DNA of 63,998 bases, the filler included, from Cercozoa sp. M6MM (taxonomy: Eukaryota; Protista; Endomyxa: Ascetosporea), in NCBI GenBank assembly GCA_040357565.1. It is 11 parts of 11 records of this genome, joined end to end, with 100 filler letters (N's around TTAATTAATTAA, not from the genome) between each part and the next. Parts side by side here need not be neighbours in the genome. Positions count along the whole stretch, not along the records: positions 1 to 19,332 come from JBDODJ010000211.1; 10 more parts are not named here. One strand, written 5' to 3'. Below the pieces are notes generated by a model. The model did no database searches and was not told where the DNA came from. It saw only the letters and a program-made list of their open reading frames with translations. The position numbers and the translations under genes were made by a program. Of this stretch, positions 1 to 12,180 are shown piece by piece. Every line of letters begins with the position of its first letter. Within the stretch, counting starts at the first letter, position 1.

Positions 1-71
1 CCCCCCTATTTACCCCCCTATTTACCCCCTGTTTACTCCTCCTGTTTACCCCCCTGTTTACCCCCCTACAG

Positions 72-436
72 GTGCTGAAGAAAGAGGACCATCATCACGT
101 GCAGCACGGCAAACGTTTCGGCCGACCGTCCGACATGTTCTCGCACATGCGGCATCGGTACACTAGTCTTACCCCAGCTTACTCCCTTAACATACTTACC
201 CGCACCCCTTGAAACAGAAGGAACCACAGTCACAACGGCAGCAGTCGCGGCAGCAGTCGTTACAGCAGTCACAGCGCCGGCAGTCAGTCGCACCGCAGCC
301 ACCGCAGCAGCCACCAGCGCCAGCAACAACAGCCGCGCGGACGCTACGGTCCCGGCCCACGACAGCCGCACCGCCGCGACGCGCGGCCTTACTAGCCTCC
401 CCTTCAATAGTCACGTTCGATAGTCACGTTCGCTAG
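72..436 (+). CDS. 3' exons of an unknown protein with a Q/P/R-rich C-terminus (5' partial)
   Basis: A C-rich intron ends ...CTACAG at 71. The exon reads VLKKEDHHHVQHGKRFGRPSDMFSHMRH, followed by a GTACAC donor and a Q-rich frame ending at 436. Confidence 0.4.
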
Positions 437-782
437 TTACGTTCGATGGATAGTTAGTTCCCCTGCACCAGTCTGGGTACGTTCGATGGATACGATAGAT
501 ACATTTTTCTGTTTTGGGAAATTTCTATTAATTGTTTGGCGTCATAATCGCCTGTGCCTTGTGTGCAGCGCGCACGTTGTCCGCGACGTTGACTTCAAAC
601 TCGGACGCCCCAAGCCCAGCACTCCGAGTCCTTGGTTCGGATGCCAGGCAGCTATTGTATCGGTATCAAATCCGACGAAATAAAGGAAGGCGAGTATAAC
701 TTTAGTTAGAATGACGTCGATGCGGAGGATTAGACATACCCTCTACTAATCAAGCGCAGCATTGATTTGGTTACTTAAGTAA

Positions 783-813
783 GGTGTGTGTATGTGTTTG
801 TATGTGTGTGTAT

Positions 814-849
<36 letters not shown>

Positions 850-949
850 NNNNNNNNNNNNNNNNNNNNNNNNNNNNNNNNNNNNNNNNNNNNNNNNNNN
901 NNNNNNNNNNNNNNNNNNNNNNNNNNNNNNNNNNNNNNNNNNNNNNNNN

Positions 950-1001
<52 letters not shown>

Positions 1002-1125
1002 TGTGTGTGCATGTGCGTGTGCCGGTGTGTGTGAGTGTGTGTGTGAGTGCGTGTGTGTATGTGTGTGTCATAATGTGTGTGCGTGTGTGTATGTGTGTGG
1101 TGTGTGCGTGCGGGTGCGTGTGTGT
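783..1125 (+). repeat. (TG)n microsatellite and degenerate TG tract spanning a 100-N gap
   Basis: Directly visible. Confidence 0.95.
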
Positions 1126-1863
1126 CACACGCACACACATCAGTCAGACCAACGCCTGTCCAGCTTATTACGTACTTAGTTGGTCGTAACCTTCGTTCAG
1201 CACCGGCCTGAATCCGTGCGTTAACTCGTAAGCGCTTGCTGAAGAATTGTGTCATTATTTATTAAAGAGCAGATGCAATTTATTAAAGAAAGTCGTTCTA
1301 ATTGTCCATGAAACATGTCCAAAAAGACCGGCTGCGAGTCCTGAAATTGTCCACGATCCTTGAAATGACTTAATTGTCTGGACATATTTGAGGCGCTTTC
1401 CTTGTACAGGATACAGCAAATCAAATCTAGACGAAAAATTAAACTGTTCACGTGTTCTTATGGGCACTTAACATAGCCGAATTGGCGGATGATAGATCAG
1501 TAGCCAGAATTTAAAGGTGGATTGACAGGTCGGAATGTTGCGTCACCCGTTGTTGATGCCGGTCGATCGGTGGCGCTGTCAGTCGAATGATGGGGTTTTT
1601 ATCAGCCCAACTGGATGTTCAACGCCCATCACATCAAACGGGACAGCATCCGACCACCGCCACCTGGCAGCACCAAACAGAATGAGGTACGTCGCTGCTT
1701 GTCCTCGTACTGACGGTACCTCAGATTGCGCGTCTACGCGACAGGAGAGAAGCTGTTTACACGGACTAAAACGCTTCTGGATGCCTTCCGAAGTTTTGAC
1801 ACCGAAGCCGTAACATTATTTTCTTATCACGGCGGAATCGTGGTTGATTTGGTTTCTGGTCAG

Positions 1864-4800
1864 CAGCGTGAAAAAATCGCGCAATACGACAGGTAAGAAA
1901 AGCCAGCCCTCTTAAACTATCCTCTCACATGTTCTGATTGGTTGACTTCTATATTGACAGCAACCGACTACCTTGCCGTCGGGAAGGTGTTTCAGGATCC
2001 AGTTCATGGCCAAATCGAACTACCTGTGGCATGCACCGAGGCAAGTCTTCAATTGTATTTTTAAAAGTGCATATCTGAGCAGGAAGAAGATTGGACAAAT
2101 GTAGGTGATTGATACACCAGAGTTCCAGCGATTGCGCTCGCTAAAGCAACTCGGCGCATGGTCTGGTAAATTAATTCATTAGTAAAAAATACGACCAACT
2201 AACACTGATCTTTAGCGTTTCCGAGTGCGACACACACGCGCTTTGAGCACTCTCTCGGTGTCGCCCACTTGGCTTGGTAGCAACCGCTCACGCCAAGCTC
2301 ATATTTTCTAATTAAGGTCACCTGTTCAGGGTCTTTCTCAAAGAACTCAAGGCGAAGCACCGGGAGCCAGAGGTGTTTTTTCTAAATTTATATCCGTTCC
2401 CGCTGTTGCATTGGATATAAAACGTGTGTGTTCTAGTTACCGATCACTCCAAAAAAAGAACTGTGCGTCGTTTTGGCAGCCTTGTGCCACGACATAGGTA
2501 CTATCGAGTTGTATTTTTATCATGACAAACCTATTTCATCCTTAGGACATGGACCGTTCTCGCACTTGTTCGAAACGGTAATGCCGAAGCTCGACCACGA
2601 ACATGAGCTCGACAACGAACATGAATACAAGCACGAGCACATCAGTCTTAAACTGATTGACAAAATTTTCACTAGAATCGGCTTTGAGAACGTCGGTCTG
2701 GACAACAAGTCAGATCTTGAGGTATGTGCTCGGCTTTTCATACCGGTGCTGTTTTCGAAAATTGCACGTTGCGCCGTTTCTGTAGATGATCAAAGCCATG
2801 ATAGACGGCAATCCGCCTGACGACGTGTAAGTTGGCCTGCATTTAAACCCTCACTTTTCTAACCGTGCGGTTTGCAGTCATCCGGACGAGCGCTACCTGT
2901 ACGACATCGTGAGCAACAGGGAGAACGGCTTGGACGTCGACAAGCTCGACTACTTCATGGTAATTTACTTACCATTCACTAACAATGGTTTTGCGCAGTA
3001 TGAATACAGAGAGATTCATACCACACTGGAGTGCGTCCCGGCGTGAGCTTTGGTATTTTGAGTTGTGTGTCAGTATTTTCAAATATGTCAACATTTCTAA
3101 TTTGCCCTCCAGGACGTCTTCTCAAGAACGCACGCGTTCACCGCTGCAAACCGACATCGAAGAAGGTATTGTTATATGAAAAATGTGAGGTTCACTACAG
3201 TTAAAAATCTTAGGAGCGGGACATTGAGTCTCCTGTGCCAGCTGGCGTAGATGCTGAGTGGGAAAGTGACACGGAGAACGACGCCAAAAAAAACGAAGAG
3301 AGTGATCATGCAAGCGAGAAAATGCTGTCGGTTCGTGCTAAAAAGGATCCACTGCGCATCTCTTTTCCTGCCAAAACGCTCGCGCAGGTCCACTTTTTAT
3401 GGCAGTGCCATTTGTTTTGCATTTTGTTTGCAGGTGCTCGATGTGTTCAAAACGCGCTTCTTTCTTCACCAGACCATCTATCACCACCCCGTACGTTCGA
3501 TTAGTATTTTTTGTCAATCTACAGGTAAAACAATACCCCGAAACGGCAATGAGCTGTGCAACAGGCATCCAAAGCCGTCGAGTTCATGATTTGTGATGCG
3601 CTTGTCGCTGTAAGTTTAAGTCAATTAATGCTTGAGTGAGTGAGTGAGTTGTCTCTGTGTGCGTGTGTGTCTGAGTGTGTGTAAGTTTAAATTTGTGTCT
3701 GTGTGGTTTGTGGTATGATTAGGCGCGTGACGAGTTGACACGCCAGGTCGGTGAGAAGATATACAAGGTAACCTATGTATGAAAATTCGCTGACATTTAA
3801 ATAAATCATTCAACTGAAATGTATCTTAGCTGGCCGATTCGGTGAAAGAGATGGACGCATTCATTCAGTTCACGGTGCTGTTTTCTCGCATTTTGTCAAG
3901 TATTTTACAGGCTGATGCTCGTATTTTTGCTGGCAGGACTCGGTGCTTGAAGAGATACTGCGCCTTCAGAAGGATCACCCTGCTCGCAAGATTGTCGAGC
4001 GTATTCAGAAGCGCAAACTCTACAAGTTGGTGTGGACATTTCTACTTTATCGGTGACCTGACGTTTAAAAATTGCTGTCACCCGCAGGTCGGGCACCTCG
4101 TTGTCGTTGACGAAGAACGGCTTACTCCACCAAGTGACGGAGAAGAAAGTGGCAAAAAAGAAAAGAAGAAATTTGATGCCGCATACTTGAAAAGGGTACA
4201 GATAATTCTTAAGCGTGTGTTAACACCCACTTACAATTCCTGGGCAGAAAATTACCGAAGATATCTTGGCGGCGATGAGAAGCTTCACTTCACATGACAA
4301 GAACGAGATCTGGAAGAAGGATTCCGGTGAGAAGGTGGCTTTCGAAGAAGACGACTTTGTCGTTGACATCCTGGTAGTTTTACAAGTGTTGTATCTGGAC
4401 TAGGTTTAACATTATTTATGAGCAGACAATGCACCATGGCATGGGGAACAAAAATCCTGTCGAAAGCGTGTATTTCTTCTTCAAAACGTAAGCACGTCTT
4501 TTGCACAACCTTTAACACCACCTATCTCGGTACTTCTTGATCGTTCAGCATTGACGCCAACAACATTGAACAGCCCGCAAAACACGTCAATTGTTCCTCG
4601 TAAGTAGAAACTTTGAGGCCTAATTCTATATTTGTTCACCGATCGCGCCGTGTACTGAGTATACTGTATCTAGGTACTCTGCTGTTTGGCCGAGCAAGTA
4701 CCGGGAAGTGCGAATTCGCGTTTACGCCAAAAACACTGAGTAGCACACATACCACCACCACACCATACACTCACTCGCTTATCGCGATAGGCACTTCACG

Positions 4801-5169
4801 GCTTTGCAGCGTGCTTTTGCCAAGCTTGACCTTGCTCACATGACTAAGGCTGACCAAGAGGCGTCCGATGGTAAATTTATGTTTTTAACAGCATTTTCAA
4901 ATCTGCTATACAGCTAAAATATTGAGAATATACTAAACACAAAATGCGATACAGTAGATAACGGCACGATCCAGATCGCCCCGAGCGCTTCCGATTTACA
5001 CAGCGACTTGAGCGACGCCGACGATGAGGATGAGCGCGTAGCGAAATCTCGCCGCACCATGTTGTCACGTTCTGCGCAAACCGGTGCTTCCTGCAGCACC
5101 AAGAAAAGTGGGCGTCGTCGTAGGCGTCGCAAGAGAAGCGGTGGCCGTCGTAAGGAAGCTGTCGGTTAA
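1864..5169 (+). CDS. SAMHD1: SAMHD1-like HD-domain dNTP triphosphohydrolase, multi-exon; true start probably further upstream
   Basis: Spliced exons give KVFQDPVHGQIEL, IDTPEFQRLRSLKQLG, FPSATHTRFEHSLGVAHLA, AALCHDIGHGPFSHLFE, YDIVSNRENGLDVDKLDYFMRD, RFFLHQTIYHHP, KAVEFMICDAL and RIQKRKLYK. An R/K-rich tail ends in TAA at 5167-5169. Confidence 0.9.
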
Positions 5170-5267
5170 CAAATTAGTTTTTCTCGCAAGCACCGAGACA
5201 TACTATTTTTGATCTGCCACGATGGTTGCCAGCCTCCAATACTGTTAAAAAAGAAAAATTACTAGTT

Positions 5268-6960
5268 TTAGTGTATCGCGCCTTCACGGGCTCGGTCGAG
5301 GAACCGTCGAAGACGACTCAAGCGCATGTCGACACCTTGCATCGTCTCGCCCGTCCGACTGTCGGCGTGTGCGTTCTGCTTCCTTCGCGAAAAGAAGTGA
5401 CGTGGCTTTGGTGACGGCGACTGCGACGGTGATGGAGAGGAAAGTCTGTGAGTTCTCGGTCTTGAGTGACGCGGAGTGTCACCGCGCAAAGACTGCGAGT
5501 TTCGTCGACGTGAGCCACTTCGCCTTGACCGCGAAGACTTCGAGCGTGACGATGACACTGGAGAGCTGCAAAACACAAGACTGTTTGAACGCACTTTCAG
5601 CTCACAAAAGAAACTGAGTAATGCTACGAAGGTTCAAGGGTAGAGCGACTGCGACTGCTGGAACGTGATCGCGCTTTTCGTCGCAGCAGTTGGTCTCGCA
5701 CATAGCTTGTGGGATCGAAGCGACGAAAGCGTTTTCTTGACGCTGTTCTCCGCTGTGGCCTTTCCGAACGGTGTTCGACGCTTTTCTGTGAGCGTCGGGA
5801 GGCAGAGCGATTGAATCGCGCGTGCACTGCCATACTGCTTCGTCGTTGAAGCGAAGCTGCCGTGGGTCTCGTGAGATTGGACAGTGAGCTTGCTCGCCGC
5901 TTCCTTCGAGATCGTCGCTTGCTTTCAGATTTGTGTGATGATACACTCGACTCACAAGAGAACTTGGACGCTTCACTGTAGTCGCTAGCTTCGCTAGCTT
6001 CGGAGAGAGAAGGACTTCGCGCGCGACTTGAACTGCTGCGTCTCGAGTGTGGAGACTGCGGTGAGCGACCTCGAGGACGAGGACCGTGCGACTGGCTTTT
6101 GAGCGAAAAGAGTTCTGCTCGTAACGAACGACACCGTTCTTTGAGCAATTCGCACTCTGCGTTGCGATCGGCAAGTTGCTTTTCGACCTGCTGCAGGTGG
6201 CTCTGTATCTCTTGTGTTTGCTGCTTTCTTCTTTCGTCAACGACCGTCTTTTCGGCTTGGCGCCGGCATAACTCGGTTTCTGCGTGCTGTAGCTTTGCTC
6301 GAAGCATACCTGCCTCCTCTGTTACCTCGCGCAACTGTCGCTTCATTTGTTTCGCCTTAGCCGACTGCTCAGCCTCGAACGCACTTGGCTTTCGCGACTT
6401 CAGTTGCTTTCGCAGATGAGCAATAGTCCGCATAAGCACATCTTCTGGCGGATGACTTTGCTTGTGCAGAGTGAGAGGGTAGTGCACGCGATCGAAAGCA
6501 GCAGCGTAGGTGAGAATGAGAAACCGACGGTTTTCATCTTCGTTCACTAAAGAAAACGTGCTTGCGCCTGTTTTTTGTGCTCTCAGTTCGTGCAGATCGG
6601 CCAGCTACAAAGCAAAGAAAGTCACGCGATGTACAAACTATAAAACTGCGTATTTTCGGCTAAGCGTACAGTCAGGAAGTCCAAATACACCGGGGGCAGC
6701 GATGCAGCTGTCAGTTCCTCCTGCGAGGCTGACCAACGCTGCATTGCAGCGCGCAACATCGATGCAAACACGTCAAACTGCTTGAATGAGCCTGTTTGCT
6801 TCGTCATTTGCTCGACGTAGTCGCGTGAGAAGGTACCGCACCAGAACTGCGATGCATGTGGGTGTGTGTCGACAATGTCGCTTTCTGCTGAGACTCGAAG
6901 CACATCCTGCTCGATCCAGGCGTGAAGTCGCACACCTTTGATTGTGCAAGTGTCATCCAT
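5268..6960 (-). CDS. CCDC61: CCDC61/VFL3 centriole/basal-body protein (SAS-6-like head plus coiled coil)
   Basis: Contains WCGTFSRDYVEQMTKQTGSFKQFDVFASML, LDFLT|LADLHELR and RFLILTYAAAFDRVHYPL, then a coiled coil, an R/S-rich region, FRRFDPTSYVR and a C-terminal VDMRLSRLRRFL. Confidence 0.88.
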
Positions 6961-7199
6961 CGCCTAGCTCGGCCTTCCGTGCGTCTAATCTGCGAAAAGG
7001 CTAAGCCAAAGCAACTAACCTCTCGATTGTCAGATTTTATCTGATTTTTGCTAAATGCTATCTTCCGCGCGGAAGCATAAAAAAACAGTTCAACTTCTCC
7101 AGAACTGCATTCCTCTCGTTTCTCGCACAGACACTGGTCTTTGTGAGCTACGAACTGCACGCTTATTGTCGAGAGTGTGCAGTATTGGCGGAGCGCCGA

Positions 7200-9868
7200 A
7201 TGAGCAAGCTTGAGTTTCGTCCCTCGGGTAAAGATATCCGAAACTGGGAGAAGCGCGACCGAAAGCAGCTTGCAGAATTGCGCCGCTTCGCCGCGATGGA
7301 GCGAAGGACAGCGCAGAAGCGGGGTTCCAAGTCCCCCTCCTCGAGATTTCGCGAGCCGCAGGCGTCGTCCAACTCTTCTTCGATTGATTTCGAGACCCGC
7401 AGGCGTCTCGCAGCTCGAAAGCGCATGTCGCTAAAGCGACCAAAGAAGACTCGCTATGAGCTTGCAAAGGAAAAACAGCATGCAGCTGCAGTAAAACCAA
7501 CGGCAAGAAATAGGCTGAAAGCTGCTGTTCAACCCTCTACGAGGTCGCGACCTTCGGTCAGAGGCGAAATTTCGGTAATTTTATTTTCCACTTCAGTTTC
7601 TTACGCGCTCCCAACTCTTCAAGTTCGATGCGCCCAGAGTATCGAAGTATCGAAATCCGAGGGGACAAAAACTACGACGGGAAGCGATGTGTTTGAACCG
7701 CAGTCGTCGGACCCACAACTGATGAGACACCATCATTTCATCGACGATTTGACCTCGAACGAGGCAGTCGACCGATTCATGTCGAAGCGGAGTCGCGAAC
7801 TGAAGGAAGCTCAACTGCGAGAGTTCTACAACCCAAAGCCTCCAAAACCATCAAAACCGCCAAAGCCTACACGGAGGGAGAAAACTACGAGTCGCACTGG
7901 CAGCGGCAGTTTGCGGAAAGCTGACAAAAATGTGAAGCCGCGCACACCGAAACAAAGTCTCCGCTCGCTTCCGACGCCTCACAGTGCTCCGACAGTCACC
8001 GAACCGCGTCCAGTTTCACGAGGCAAGCAACAGCATGGAGATAAAATCGAAGAAGGCGAAAGTGTTGCATATGTGACGAAAGAAGTGTTCTCGCACATTG
8101 CCTCTGCAGCATCGCATGCTGCTCGCACCAAACAAGAACACAAGCGAGTGCGCCTTCTCAAGGAGCGACTTGTTGAAAAACAAAAAAGAATCGAACGGCT
8201 GGAAGAGAGCACGCAGCACACACTGCAGCGACGTCGCGAAGAACTCGAGCGCGACTTTCGCAGCAAGCAACGAGAACTGCTTCGCCGACGAAAACAGCTC
8301 GACGCCGATGAAGAGTCTCTCCGAAGAAAAACTGTAGAGAAGGAGATCCACAAACAGGAAGGTGCCTTCGCTGCTTCAACACTGCCAGTTGTATGAATAG
8401 CCTCTGTTTTAGTGGAAAGGATCAAACGCCAGTTCAGCGAGTATCGAAAAGCTGCCACACGTCGCGAAGCACGACTGAAGGCGAACCTGCAACGCGTGCA
8501 GGAAACAAACCTCGCATTGGTGCAGGAACTCGAGCAACTCAAAGAAGCAGCTTGTAAAAACGAAGAAAGGCGCCTGAAACAACAACTGAAATTTCGAGAG
8601 ATGCGCAAGCAGCTGCGCGAACTCGAGCAGAAGTGCAGACTGCAAGAAACAATGACAACATCGGCCAACCTCGACAGAACGCAAGAGAGCGAAAGCGACG
8701 AGTCACTCGACTCAGCGTCTGCTGCCGGACAGACTCGAACCGAGACTGCGACTCAAAGTCGAAGTGCGACTCCTTTTCACGTTCGAGTGACTCAATTCGA
8801 CGAAACTTCAATGACAGAACGAATGAAGGAAACGCTAGACGATGTGTCATTCGATCACGTTGCTGAGGCAGAAACGACAGCTGAAACACCGAGCTATGCG
8901 GAAGGACTCCAGTCGCGCACCGTGTCATCCACCGCAGTGCCCGTTGCGCGACAGTCCGAGCACCGAAAGCAACGTGTACGAACTCGAGACACTCGAAGCG
9001 AAAGAGAGAGGACCGACAATACGCTGAAGCACGAAGCTGAAGAATTAGAGGAAGTTGAAGCCGATCGACGTTCGCGAGGCACATCGTTGGCCACCCTGGG
9101 ACCGAGTATTGTCGGCGATGTCGAGTGGGTCGAGTACTTCCAGGGACAAGACATTCGTGTGCCACTCCCGGTACCAGCAAGCTTCCTTTCTCTCAGCGTT
9201 GTACTGCATTCACTTCACTCGAGCAGATGGCCAGAATGACAGTGCCGTGGAAGCCACCACCTGAGCTCTCGATCGACATGATTCGACACCTGTACGGCCG
9301 TGAGAGTTGTCTCCAGCACGCCAGTGTTCCCATGCATAGCGTGCGACAGCACAAGAAACGCATCTGCAAGTTCGAGGACGGCAGTCGACGTGTACAGTTC
9401 GACAACGGCGCCAGCAAGTTCATCTTTCGCGATGCCACGGCGCTCGTGCTGTTCCCCAATGGCGACATTCGTTATGTACTCACTCACTCCCTTTCTTTCA
9501 GTGTTATACTCTCGTGATTGACTCTGTGCTTGTTAGACCACGAACAACTGCACCTCGGTGCTGTATCTCTTTGTGAACGCGCGAATCCTGCACCTGCAGC
9601 ACCGCAGCGGTCTGCAGATTTACTACTTTGGCAGCACGCAGCGCGAGGTGCACTTCGTCGATGGCACAGTACACTTTTCATTGCCGCTCTAACGAAGTAT
9701 CAGTTGTCAGTTTAACTGTTTTGGCCTTCTCAGAAAGACGTTTGGTTCGCCGACGGCACGCGCCGCTTCCTGCAGAAGGAATCCGAGGCGCCGAGTCATC
9801 CCAGCGTGAACTCGACTTTCTCTAGCGTCAGCAGTGATCTCAGCGATCTCGACAGCTTGAAATTTTAG
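7200..9868 (+). CDS. CENPJ: SAS-4/CENPJ(CPAP)-like centriole protein with a C-terminal TCP10 (G-box) domain
   Basis: A long coiled coil is followed by spliced beta-hairpin repeats FEDGSRRVQFDNGASKFIFRD, VLFPNGDIR, LYLFVNARILHLQHRSGLQIYYF and QREVHFVDGT|KDVWFADGT. Stop TAG at 9866-9868. Confidence 0.8.
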
Positions 9869-10002
9869 CTTTAATAAACCCTTTATCTGTCGATGTCTGC
9901 AAAAGGTACCACCCTGAAAAACTGACTCTAGAGATAGCTTTTTGCCCAAGAAAGTGCGTGCACAGTGTAATTTAGTTCAAAGAGCACTCTGGCGCGCCGC
10001 TA

Positions 10003-10971
10003 ATGCTGGCGATCGCGTTCCTGGTGATGCTGGTGCCATTGGCGGAATCTCGGCGGCCGTCTAGCTACAATTTTGAGGAGTTCAGCGAGATGCCCGACTA
10101 CAGGCTGCGAGAGATCAACGCAGGCTGCGTCGATGAGGTACTGTGTACGTAGCTACGCTCTAATTGAACATTGCAGTGTGAACAACCATGTGATATGCAG
10201 AACTCCAAACTCGGGTGTCAGTCCACTGGCGACTATAAAGAGTGCCTCTTGGAGATTCGACGCCTCGAAAGGTCTTGCCATGTGGCTTTTTAGCTCTGCG
10301 CAAATTGTTTTGAGAGTAACTGCGGTGTAGGCTAAGGGATGAAGTGTGCGTAACTTCGTATTTGACACGAGACACGCCGCAGTACAACTACGTCTCGTGC
10401 TACAACGACGTGTGGAAAGATGAGTCGTTGCCTGCTAAGCTGCAAGCATATGTATGTCTTGTGACTGCGCTACCCAGTGCTGTAGCAACGACTAAAGCGT
10501 GCACTTTGCCCAGTGTCACTCCACGGTGATGTATGATCCCGATGGCGACTACAAAAGCAACCGCGGCGTGCCCGTTCACAGCGTGTCAAAGAAGCCAGTC
10601 CTTTTAGCTGGCCGCTATTGCGCCAAGCTGTACAACTACTTTGCCTGGCGCAAAATGCACGAGGAAACAAAGCACATCAAAGGATACATCACGCAGAGTA
10701 CACCGTCTCTTTTTCCAGCGGCTATGTGCTTACACTTTTGTGCAGGCGTGACTGCGCAAACATGCGCGGATTTCGACACTGGAATCCCAGGTCCCAGTCC
10801 ACAAAACACCTACGTCTACGAGCAAGGTGGGTCGTATCTTTCCTCAAGACCAACGACTGCAGTAACTCTAACCGTTGGCTTCCTGTTGTCGTTATTTATG
10901 TGAGTGTTCCGGCGCTTTGCGCTCGTACGACGAGCAAGATGAAATGCACCGGTTCAGCTCGCGGCAAATGA
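10003..10971 (+). CDS. Orphan secreted Cys-containing protein (3' end approximate)
   Basis: Signal-peptide-like start MLAIAFLVMLVPLAES. GT-AG introns keep the frame open (GCVDE|NSKLGCQSTGDYKECLLEIRRLE|RLRDEVC...). Confidence 0.6.
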
Positions 10972-11300
10972 GCCCACCTGTGTTGAAAAGTTACGTTACG
11001 AAGCCGCTTGGTTCAGTTGTTTGGTCGGGCGCGCGGTGAAAAACAGGACCACCGAACAGGTTTAGGCCGGCCGCAACGAAAACTCGAAACGTTTAAAAAC
11101 GTTTTACGATAGTTGACCACTCGAGAAACCGCCCTCGATCGGAGAAATAAATAATCAAAACTTGCCGGTCCAGAAAAGGAAGCTTGGAAGCACAAATCCC
11201 TTCTTACAAAACCCAAAACTCGTTACTGCTGTAATCTGAACTTGTTACGGTACCCATCTCACCTAATAGAGTTCCTAGCGTTGCAGTTTTTTTTTGCAGG

Positions 11301-11739
11301 ATGATGCAGCGTCTCGGTCTCCGACAAGTTCGACGTGTCTCGACGACACAGGTCCCAGCCGCCACCCGCAAGCCTTCGGGCGAGTTTGGTTCTGCGTTTT
11401 TTAGTAAGACTACCGAAGACAGGCGTCGACAGGGCCTCTTGTACACCTACTCCAGCCGCTTGGCTTTGCCCGTGATGACAGATGTATATTGGGCAGGTTC
11501 GGCATCCTTTTCGTCGGCACGCTCTTTGTGTTGAATGACATGCAGCGTCGAAGCTTTCGCCACTACTGGCACGACCGTGAGAGTGGTACTTTCCTATTCA
11601 GTTTATTTGCTGGGAGGCGGTGTTTCTTGACAAAATATGTTGCTGCCTCGTAGAGGAAGCCAAGTTGCTGCGAAAAGAGCTCGCAGACAAGAAGAGCGAG
11701 ATGCATGCTTTGGACGAAAGCGAGTTCGACGTCGAGTAG
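11301..11739 (+). CDS. Small protein with a mitochondrial-type presequence and one hydrophobic segment
   Basis: Starts MMQRLGLRQVRRVST, includes GILFVGTLFVL and ends ...DESEFDVE*. Short GT-AG introns. Confidence 0.45.
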
Positions 11740-12180
11740 GAGATGCCCAGGCGAAGAAGTCGATCACATTGCTGCACTGGGGGACCTGAACTGAAACGCT
11801 CCGTGCGCTTTGCCTTGCAGCTTCTCCCTTCGCCTGAATCATTGTTTGAAACAGATTTCCCCCACACAAATTCCCCTCGCTTTCAAGCGAAGCGCTGACA
11901 AGCGAAGCTGTCATGATCGCTACAATGATTGGATCAGAATATCGATCGTTGAGTCAGTCTAACCCGGGGACGTGTCGTTTCTGGCGAAAGAAGATTGCAA
12001 TCGCTGCACCCCCAGCACCAAAGTCATTGATACACAGTAATACCAACTTCAGTTAATGAGTATAACTTGAGCTGAGCCGGCGGTCAGAAGCTTCAGCTCT
12101 TCGCGTTGACCGAAACTGAATGAGCGGGCTTGACTGTATTGCAGCATCTCAAGCCGTCAAGCGGTTAAAGTTGATTTTGA

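Noticed and set aside
746-1255. ORFs with HTHTHT or CVCVCV runs here and elsewhere
   Set aside because: These are translations of (CA)/(TG) microsatellites and N gaps.
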